NCBI GenBank assembly: GCA_951406725.2
Contig: OX597819.1
Coordinates: 129,890,001 to 129,954,000 of the forward strand
Origin: Octopus vulgaris
Taxonomy: Eukaryota
Direction of reading: 5' to 3'
DNA: 64,000 nt
Positions 54,346 to 64,000 of this stretch are shown here, piece after piece. The stretch's first letter is position 1. The number at the start of each line of letters is the position of its first letter. Position numbers and translations under genes: made by a program. Below the pieces are notes generated by a model that was given only the letters and a program-made list of their open reading frames with translations, was not told where the DNA came from and searched no databases.

Positions 54346-55132
54346 TGGCTAGCTAGCTAGATAAGATAGATTGAACAATACAGAGAACGACATACTCATA
54401 TATAAAGCGATATAAATAAGTTAACGAAGCAAATAGATATAGAAGAAAAGGAAGAAGATAAAATATATTTGTATTAAAATATATCGGCGTTAGTTACTGA
54501 TTCTCTAAGAATTCTATGCCATGCACGTTTGGAGAAAAGCCAGCAAAGGAATCTAATAGAATCGACATTAAAGGAGAAGTGAAAAGGCGATTAGGTAACA
54601 TTTAGAGAAAATTGAATTATCTCTCCAAGAACCGTTACCAAAGAAATTCTCTCTTTAAGTTAATATCCTTCTAACCTTTGCCAAGAGCCGTTCTGTTTAA
54701 TTAGCTGGCGCAGAACCGTCTCCAAGGCAACATCCAGTCAATGCTCTCAGCCTTTTCTGTAGTCTTTAAAAGCAGCGCTCTTCAGCGCCATTGAAGTAAA
54801 GTAAGCTATGTTGACTTTAGTAATAAAAAAGAAAGAAAAAAGAAAAAAGAATTTATCTACCTTCCCGCTTTGGTCGGGCTGCTACTAGCTTAAGTGACAG
54901 AGTTATCGGACTGCAATCTAAAGGTGTGGATAATTAGTGGCTCGATGCCGCCCGTTGTGTCCAAGTATATCAAGGCACTTAGTGACGGCTGGATTAGTCC
55001 ACCTAGTCACAAATAGGTATCGTAAATAAATTCAAATTACCAATGGAGCGCTATATAACCCGTTTCTTTTTGTCTAAGCAGGATTTAATTTCGAAGAGAA
55101 GGGATCTAATTGATTGTATTGTTTCTACAGAT

Positions 55133-55133
55133 C

Positions 55134-55165
<32 letters not shown>

Positions 55166-55246
55166 CTTCTTCTTCTTCTTCTTCTTCTTCTTCTTCTTCT
55201 TCTTCTTCTTCTTCTTCTTCTTCTTCTTCTTCTTCTTCTTCTTCTT
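55133..55246. repeat. (GTT)n(CTT)n microsatellite
   Basis: Read directly from the sequence. Confidence 0.96.
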
Positions 55247-55469
55247 CCCCCTCTCTCTCTTTCTTTCAGTCCTTGCGTTTGTTCATATCAGCCCATGGTC
55301 CGCATTGAATCATTAATACCGCTGAGATGTTACTCAGCGAATTCCTCTCCATCTAACATAGAAAGTCAGTCACTACTAGGCGCGCCTCAAAGGACGTGTT
55401 TCCTCACAACGAGGCTCGTGACGGGAGGCAGAAATTGAACTCAGAACACATAGATTCGGAACATATATT

Positions 55470-55662
55470 ATTTTCAAAATTTGGCACAATTCCAGAAAGT
55501 TGGGAGAAGAGGGCTTGTCGATCAAATCGACTCCAGCGTTCAACTGGTAATTATTTTATCGACTCCGAAAGGATGAAAGGCAAAGTCGACCGCGGCGGAA
55601 TTTGAACTCAGAACGTAAAGACGGACGAAATGTCGCTAATAACTCTGCCCGGCGTGCTAACG
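55470..55662 (-). mobile_element. SINE B-variant
   Basis: TTCAAAATTTGGCACAA...GAAAGGATGAAAGGCAAAGTCGAC...GGCGTGCTAACG. Confidence 0.85.
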
Positions 55663-55669
55663 CTGTTTA

Positions 55670-55860
55670 TCATGGAATGGGATCACCATGTCGTGCACAT
55701 ATGGTTGTGATGCATGTGCCTAGTGTACCCTTATCAGACGGGTAGTCATGATGGGTTTACTGGGCTTCGTATATTTTACCTAGTGTCAATTTGATGTCAT
55801 GCACTGCTCTCTCACTCAATAATAATAATAATAATAATTATAATAATAATAATAATGACG
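55670..55860 (+). mobile_element. 3' end of an unclassified retroposon with an (AAT)n tail
   Basis: ...GCACTGCTCTCTCACTC is followed directly by (AAT)n. Confidence 0.4.
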
Positions 55861-55865
55861 ATGAA

Positions 55866-56222
55866 AAAAAGGCATTGGAGGGGCGATGCATACCCTGCGC
55901 GCAATCAAGGATAAAATAAAATTAATTTAATGAATATATTCTCAGACAAATTCATATTTCAACAAAATGACATGAATTCTTTCCCATTCTTATCGTTTAT
56001 GCCTATGTAACCAAAGCAAAGAAACATTTCGATCCACCCGTTCGCCAGTTTTGAAGATAATCAAACCAAAATAATGAGTTCGAGCCACTCACCCAATGAG
56101 TATTTCTGCCAAATTTCATGAAAATCCGTTCAGCTGTTTTCCAGTAGTTTCGCAAACACACAGACAAACAGACAAAGACGAGCGACTACAATACCCTGTT
56201 TTCGCTTACACACGCTAGGTAA
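55866..56222. mobile_element. Helentron-associated (HINE/DINE-1-like) non-autonomous element
   Basis: CCAAATTTCATGAAAATCCG core, CAGA microsatellite, then a terminal ATACC..hairpin..GGTAAT arrangement. Confidence 0.55.
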
Positions 56223-56881
56223 TAATAATAATAACAATAACAACAACAACAATGCTTAATCAACAGGAAAACAGATGTCAGCCATATTGGGTATGGTGCA
56301 ATGCCTGTAACAGGGTGCGAACATACGATCTCTTGTCTTGTTAACCAGGTCCTTGTTATCTTTATTGTTGTTGGAGTTTGTAAAATAGACATCAGTAACA
56401 TAAAATATTACTGGTGCCCATTTTATATACTCCGAGGAGTTGTCGACTTTATCAATTTATTAGCTAAGAAAGTAGATGAAATTATAATTGCTACACATCA
56501 TCCTACTGGATTCTGAGAGCTGATGCCTTTCCCGGTATTGCCTACATCACCAGTTGTCTGTCTCTCACCTTTGGATAATTCAGGAAAAAACAATCCTGTT
56601 GATTAGTCGCAGGTCTGTAAGTAATTAAGTAACAGTCCTAGCTGGTGACAGGATAAGGAGGCTGCTGTGTGTGCCACTGGATGTCTGACTCTTGTGATGG
56701 TGTTATTCCACGCTTTCCATGGCGCTGGACTTAATATGCCTGAGGTCGACTTCAAGTTTTCCTCAATTTGTTTCCGTCGTGTCTGTAAAGGATAGGGTGG
56801 AAGTATGATAAAGGCTTTCTGGCTGCGATCATCTCATCTTTTCTACGTTAATGGTGAACAACAACAACAACAACAACAACA

Positions 56882-57259
56882 GTGGAGGCGCAATGGCCCA
56901 GTGGTTAGGGCAGCGGACTCGCTGTCGGAGGATCTCGGTTTCGATTCCCAGACCGGGCGTTGTGTGTGTTTATTGAGCGAAAACACCTAAAGCTCCACGA
57001 GGTTCCGGCAGGGGGTGGTGGCGACCCCTGTTGTACTCTTTCGGCCCCAACTTTCTCTCACTCTTTCTTCCTGTTTCTTGTCCTCGACTTCCTACGCAAC
57101 CGCTGAGCCTGGATGCGCATTCATCCATCCGTCGATGCTTTCGGTGTCGGAGGTTGAGCTGCTTTCTCTTCTGCGGGTCTTACGAATAGCAAAGGACCAC
57201 GTTTCGGACTTCTCCCATCTTGCGAACTCTGGGACGAAGACCGTTCGCTCAACAACAAC
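56882..57259 (+). mobile_element. SINE family A inserted in (CAA)n
   Basis: Full consensus, with CAACAACAAC on both sides. Confidence 0.93.
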
Positions 57260-57269
57260 GATTCTTTTT

Positions 57270-57865
57270 TATCATAGGCACCAAGCTAGCAATTTTGGGG
57301 CAGTGGGCTAGTCGATTAATCGATCTCAGTATTTGACTCCTATTTATTTTATCTACTCCTGAAAGGATAAAAAGTAAAGTTAACATCAGTAATATGTGAA
57401 CTCAGAACGTTATGAACCAGAACAAATACTTATTTCTTTATTACCCACAAGGGGCTAAACACAGAGGAGACAAACAAGGACAGACAAACGGATTAAGTCG
57501 ATTATATCGACCCCAGTGCGTAACTGATACTTATTTAATCGACCCCGAAAGGATGAAAGACAAAGTTTACCTCGGCGGAATTTGAACTCAGAACGTAACG
57601 GCAGACGAAATACCTATTTCTTTATTACCCACAAGGGGCTAAACACAGAGGAGACAAACAAGGACAGACAAACGGATTAAGTCGATTATATCGACCCCAG
57701 TGCGTAACTGGTATTTATTTAATCGACCCCGAAAAGATGAAAGGCAAAGTTGACCTCGGCAGAATTTGAACTCAGAACGTAACGGCAGACGAAATACGGC
57801 TACGCATTTCGCCCGGCGTGCTAACGTTTCTGCCAGCTCGCCGCCTTATACCTGAACAAATACCA
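57270..57865 (-). mobile_element. SINE B dimer (57430-57845) inserted into an old B-variant at the AAATAC site
   Basis: Junctions at 57429 and 57613 (184-bp spacing). Duplication GAACAAATAC at 57420-57429 and 57854-57863. Confidence 0.88.
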
Positions 57866-58432
57866 TCAATTTGAACTCAGAATATAAAAGCGAGCAGAAG
57901 CTAAAATACCACAAGGAAACAATAACAACAACAATAACGATAACAACGGCAACAATAATAATTGAACAACAACATAACTAAAGGAAAAAATCATGTGACT
58001 TTTATTGAGAACATGTGACCTTAAACTTGTTGAGTCTTTTAGCAAGCAATCTAAACACGCATTTGTGTTATTTGTGATAGACAAACACTATACGCATGCG
58101 CTTTATTTAAACCCATAAATCAAGAACGGATTATGGAAAGTGGTAGTGGGAGGCACTTGAACAAGTCATACACTCATATCTGACCTTTTGCATTTTTCAT
58201 TCGCCAATCGTTGTCCGCAATCATAAACGATTAAGTGACCTTTAGCTTTTGTGTTCCGGACTCATTCTCTCTCTCTCTCTCTCCCTCTCTTTCTCTTTCT
58301 CACTCTCCCCCTCTCTCCCCCCTATAACGATTCTCTCACTCTTCCTTTTTCTGTTCTTCATCGATTTATTCAGTCAGCCATACCACTTCAAACTGAACAC
58401 CAACAACGGCGGGAAAGGTCTTCTTGGCTTAG

Positions 58433-58695
58433 TTTTCTTCTTCTTTTTCCCCTTCTTCTTCTTCTTCTTCTTCTTCTTCTTCTTCTTCTTCTTCTTCTTC
58501 TTCTTCTTCTTCTTCTTCTTCTTCTTCTTCTTCTTCTTCTTCTTCTTCTTCTTCTTCTTCTTCTTCTTCTCCTTTTTCTTCTTCTTCTCCTTCTTCTTCT
58601 TCTTCTTCTTCTTCTTCTTCTTTCCTTCCTTCTTTCCTTCTTTCCTTCTTTCCTTCCTTCCTTCCTTCCTTCCTTCCTTCCTTCCTTCCTTCCTT
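58433..58695. repeat. (CTT)n/(CCTT)n polypyrimidine microsatellite
   Basis: Read directly from the sequence. Confidence 0.97.
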
Positions 58696-58844
58696 CTCTG
58701 TACATCTTCTCCTCCTTCTCCCTTTCCATTTCCGTAACTTTCTCTTCTTACGACACAATTTCTCTATAGTTGTGTCCATTGCAGCGTTCTCTCTCTCCCC
58801 TCTTTCTCTCTCTATATATATATCAGCCTATCTTTCTATCTACC

Positions 58845-59135
<291 letters not shown>

Positions 59136-59221
59136 TTATTTATTTATTTATCTATCTCTTTGTCTGTCTGTGTATGTGGTGGCGATGTGGCATTGCTGAT
59201 TACCGTGTGTGTGTGTGTGTG

Positions 59222-59540
59222 TGACGGTGTTCATCCAGGGCGGGTTGAGCCGGTTTCTTCTCTGGTCCTAACAGCATCACGAACCATGGGCGGCCCACGC
59301 TCGACGGTCCTTCTATAAATCCATGGCAATAAATACGAATACGAATTATCTACCTATGCAACCAATCAACAACCCTCAAACTGCTATGACTCTTCAAACT
59401 ACTCCTGGAGAAGTCCCGCTTTTTAAACGCAGGACAGAACTGAAGGTAGCGTGCTGGAACGTCAGAACCCTTCGCGCCGGCGGTGTCCAGGCGCTAACAA
59501 TGAAGGTTTTGCACAAATACTGCGGGAATGTTGCTTGCTT
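59222..59540 (+). pseudogene. RTE-type LINE 5' fragment (AP endonuclease N-terminus)
   Basis: LKVACWNVRTL...LHKY...VAC is the first motif of non-LTR AP endonucleases. The similarity stops at about 59540. Confidence 0.75.
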
Positions 59541-59789
59541 TCTGATTGCACATAACCCTGATAGTCTATCTTTGCTCTCTGTTCAATTGGCTTTCTCACA
59601 ATTTCAATATTTGTTTTGCTCACTGTTATTTCTTTGTGGTTATCATTGATTTTGCTTTCTTTACAATTTGATTTCATTCGACAGTGCATTCGTTTTCATT
59701 TACATAGATAACAAAGTTCTGTAGATGATCTCTGTTACCAAGGCAGTATCAGCTGCATACATCTAAGTTTGTTGATGTTCAAATCTAAA

Positions 59790-60170
59790 ACTGGTTTCAA
59801 ATTTTGACAGAAGACCAACAATTTCGTGGGGAGGGGTAAGTCGATTACATCGACCCCAGTGTTACTTTATTGACTCCGACGAGGAAATACTGCTAAACAT
59901 GTTACCCGGCTTGGTAACGATTCTGCTAGCTCGCCGCCTCATATTTATATCTAATATTGATTTCACATTTTGGCACAAAGCCAGAAAGTTCTGGGGCGGG
60001 GGATAGTTGATTACATCAACCACAATGATCAACTGGTACTTATTTTATCGACCCCAAAAGGATGAGAGGCAAAGCCACCCACGGCGGGATTTGAACTCAG
60101 AATGTAAAGAGACGAAATGCTGCTAAGCATTTTGCCAGGCGTGTTAACGATTCTGCCAGCTCGCCGCCTT
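59790..60170 (-). mobile_element. Two tandem SINE B-variant copies
   Basis: Two TTTCA.ATTTTG.CA tails and two CTCGCCGCC heads (ending at about 59938 and 60168). Confidence 0.85.
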
Positions 60171-60802
60171 TATGTTTATATTTGATATCAACATTTTTAG
60201 CACGCCTTCTTGAAATAGACTTCAGCTAAATCTTGAAAGCAAAAATCCTTTATTTGCACGTTGCTCGCACCAAGAAAATCATGCTAGACAAGAAGTTAAA
60301 ATCCTCAGTGATCCTTTCTAGCAGTGATCCTTTCTCACATATAAAAGTACAACTTCGACTTTCCAGACACTGATCAGCCGGAAGCTCTTATAGCTCGCAC
60401 TAATTTACAAACAATAGCTTCAAACTCCCGCGGTCGAATGACTAGTTTATTGTGCGGCCCTTGTTTCACAGCATTTTTGCACAGTACAGTATTAATAAAT
60501 TCGTATGATATATATTAATGTACAAGTACCTGTATTTCAATTAATTAAGTAAAATTAATGTTTGCTTTATTTAGAGGTGATCTTTCTCGGTTAGAAAAAA
60601 AAAAACAGGAATCCGAAAATGCTTTGGAATCAAGGGCTCTGGAAAATTGATGTACATGTAATGTAGGTGGAGTGACTCTAAAGAGGATCTCTTACTGGCC
60701 TCGTCAAGGAGCTAGAAGTTAAGTTGATCCAAAAAATGGAATACTAAGAGTGGGAACCGACGGCGGAACCATTTACTATTGTAGCTTGTGGATCATTATA
60801 CC

Positions 60803-61036
60803 TATTTCTTTACTACCCATAAGGGGCTAAACAGAGAGAGGACAAACAAGGACAGACTAACGGATTAAATCGATTATATCGACCCCAGTTCGTAACTGGT
60901 ACTTATTTAATCGACCCCGAAAAGATGAAAGGCGAAGTCGACCTCGCCGGAATTTATTAGAATTTATCAGAACGTAACGGCAGACGAAATACGGCTACGC
61001 ATATCGCCCGGCGTGCTAAAGTTTCTGCCAGCTCGC
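60803..61036 (-). mobile_element. SINE B with an 18-bp TSD
   Basis: CTTGTGGATCATTATACC at 60785-60802 and 61037-61054. Confidence 0.92.
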
Positions 61037-61574
61037 CTTGTGGATCATTATACCACCACCACCACCACCACCACCACCACCACCACCACCACCACCGCCG
61101 CCGCCAATGCTGCCCCCACCATTATTATTTCAAAGAGGTAATGATCTCTGTTAAAGACAAATAAAATACATTGTCAACTGATGTCTCATTGAAGTGAAAG
61201 AAAGATTAAAGAAACAAATAAATAAATATATATTACTAAACCACTTTTTCCTACTAGTAAATCGGCAAGAGTCAACGTTAACTATTCTTTGACTGAAAGA
61301 GGGTGGATGGACAAACCATTATTTTCTTTTCCTTTTTTTCTGATACGACAAACTCTGCTCCACCAGAGACTGCATACAAGCAAATGGCGGGATCCATTTA
61401 GTTTCCGCTACAACGGAGAGCATTTGCATTGTTGCACGCTGTCTGTTTTAATAAGGGCAACCATACGAAGGCTTCGCTGACACAGCTATTTGTAATTGTC
61501 TCTTACTAACTTTGCTATGTAAAGAATAGTCGGTTATCAGTCTTTTTATCTTTCTTTCTTTTTTCTTGTCATCT

Positions 61575-61666
<92 letters not shown>

Positions 61667-61857
61667 AAAGCAATTAAGATTCAAGTGAGTTCCAATGAAT
61701 TCACATGAATGTAGGTACTTAACTTAGATGCACCAGAAATCTATATGGTATTAACCATAAAATAATGTGGGATCATTATAACCAAGAAAAAAAGCAACAA
61801 GAATGGATCGGTAGATTAGTACAAACTACTAATCCATTCTTGTTGCTTTTTTCTTGG

Positions 61858-61890
<33 letters not shown>

Positions 61891-61892
<2 letters not shown>

Positions 61893-61943
61893 AACGGCGG
61901 TGCATCAGCATGGCCGCAGCTCTGAGCTGAAACTTTAAAATTT

Positions 61944-61947
<4 letters not shown>
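61891..61947 (+). mobile_element. Extreme 3' stub of a CR1-group LINE in (TA)n
   Basis: GGCGGTGCATCAGCATGGCCGCAGCTCTGAGCTGAAAC(TTTAAAA)2 matches the 3' UTR at 42156-42216. Confidence 0.7.
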
Positions 61948-62008
<61 letters not shown>

Positions 62009-62165
62009 GCCATGGCTGATATATATATATATATTATATACATATTTGTATGTATGTATTATATATTGATAAAAACGGTACCAAAAATAAGAAAGAGACC
62101 TCGATATTATGTAAATAGAGGAATTTATCTGTAGTTGTAATATGTGACAACTATTCGGTAGCCAT

Positions 62166-62226
62166 GATAAAACTCCTAGTTTCGGATGCCGAGGTGGAAA
62201 TCCACGCCGCCATCTCTTCAGTTATC
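62166..62226 (-). ncRNA. Type-I hammerhead ribozyme motif within a Penelope-like remnant (about 62066-62235; related stub at 39390-39541)
   Basis: GATAA CTGAAGA GATG..CATC C GAAA CT agg AG T T TTATC: 5-bp stem I, 3-bp stem III, GUU triplet. Confidence 0.72.
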
Positions 62227-63687
62227 CGGCCATTGGATTTTTTCCGTTGATAAGGGTCGAAATAACAATAAGAGAGGAAACTCCTATTGAAACTAGTCAA
62301 CGTTTTTCTTTGCCATAAGCTGGTAATTTGCTGCGGTACCTAATTCGTGAGTTGTTGTTCATAGTTTTGAGCGGTTATTTTCTTTCTAAAATATTCCTTT
62401 GATGTTGTCACTGAAGAAGCTGTTAATTGCATATCTATGGTACGCATTATCGATGTCTGCCCGCTGCTGCGAGTGGCCACTTCATACTTTGTTCAGTTGA
62501 TCAACTAAGCCATTACAATATAGTCACGACTTGAAACCGATCACCAAACAAACACTCCAACCCTGCAGTAAATATTTCTTTTTACTATTTTCCTGAATAT
62601 TTTGGTTTTGTTTTCGGCCTTCATCTTTCTCGCACCAATCTCTAACAGACCCACGAGGAAACATTTCCTACTTCCCTCTCCAGTTCACGAATCACTTCTC
62701 TGCTATCATACCTAAGTCAAATGCAGGCCAGGTGAGGCAAATCACACATTGTTACAACACTACGACATCCCATCTTGAAGTAAAAAACCGTCCACTGCCA
62801 CACAGAAAAAGGAAACGGCACAGCTACGATCGAAAACCGGGAATAAGTTTGTTAGGGATCAAATTACAATCAGTCGATTGGCTTTCTCTAGATGCAGTCT
62901 AAGGTGTCAATGATTGCAGCATTAACAACATTCCAGATATGTGAGCAATACTCGTTGATGGGCCTTATTCAAGTCCTGTCGAGAGTCAACAGCCATTGGG
63001 GGTCTTAGAGATTTGAAGTGAAGGGCAGACATTTGTATGTAGTCCTACTTGAACAGGGAATGCGCTTTTGCCGAAATTATTAGGAAATTGGAATAATTAT
63101 AGAATAAGTAGCAGTATGTAATATGTATCAAGCAATAATTCTTTGTCGTTTTCCAGTCTTCTTTCTTCCCCACCATCTCTCCTCCTTCTTTTCATCCAGT
63201 CTTGCTGTTTTACTACCTGTTCGTCACACTGCAAAAGACGACAATTAAAACATCGGGATTGAAAGTGGGTTATCTCCCTTTGAAAGCGTAACATTGGAAC
63301 ACAAATTGAGTCAAACAGCATAATATGGTTATATTTCCTGTCTTAAGTATAGGCTTTAACACTTCAAAAATGCAAAAGAACGACAAAAAGGTTCATCTAA
63401 GTAAAACCACAAAATGAACCACAATGAAAAAACGAAAAACACACCTATAGAACTACAATACACTGACAATAACATCAACAATAATGAAACAATGTTATAT
63501 TTAGTTTTCGGAAATCTAATAAATAAATGCATTTTCTTATATCTCCCTCGTCTGAAATATCAACCATGGCATTTCACTTTAAATACATTTGGAAATATTA
63601 CATTTATTCAGATTTGTAAAACACGTATACGCTTGCTCATAGAAACACGTAGACACACATTGACACACATTGACACATACACACACA

Positions 63688-63732
<45 letters not shown>

Positions 63733-64000
63733 ACACACACACAGATGCGCGTGCGCACAAAGCAGTATATAAATCCACACAATTCATGAAAACATATATA
63801 CAGACATACGTACATAATACATCATACACATACATATAAACATAGCTACACATACCAACGTATGAACATTGTGCAGTCATACACATAAATATACACGCTG
63901 ATAATTCAATTTAAATCTTTAAATTAAGATCTTTATACTTTTTGCAAATAAGGTTTAAGTTTATAAACGAAATCTCCTTTTCCCTCACTCTAGCTATGCA

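Overview
Non-coding, AT-rich, repeat-dense animal genomic DNA. The SINE repertoire and microsatellite load look like octopus (coleoid cephalopod) sequence; this is an inference. I found no intact host gene, rRNA, functional tRNA or CRISPR array, and almost every ORF in the supplied track is a translation of satellite or microsatellite DNA. The window opens in a 34-bp satellite (about 130 copies) that abuts a 52-bp satellite (about 30 copies). The rest is microsatellites, three main tRNA-derived SINE families (labelled A, B and C here) plus chimeric variants, two 5'-truncated CR1-group LINEs, RTE and possible R4-like relics, a Helitron, a Helentron/HINE-like element and a MULE derivative. Most notable: (1) about a dozen minimal type-I hammerhead ribozyme motifs from at least 8 distinct sequence families, mostly in (TA)n-embedded, often inverted, Penelope-like terminal-repeat remnants, including a G3-C8 core swap; (2) the 34-bp satellite monomer matches an internal segment of SINE C; (3) SINE B repeatedly inserts at one fixed site in its own family's tRNA head, in two cases with target-site duplications; (4) SINE heads and tails are shuffled modularly, and SINE C shares a covarying 3' hairpin with a LINE. 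All alignments and folds were done by eye.
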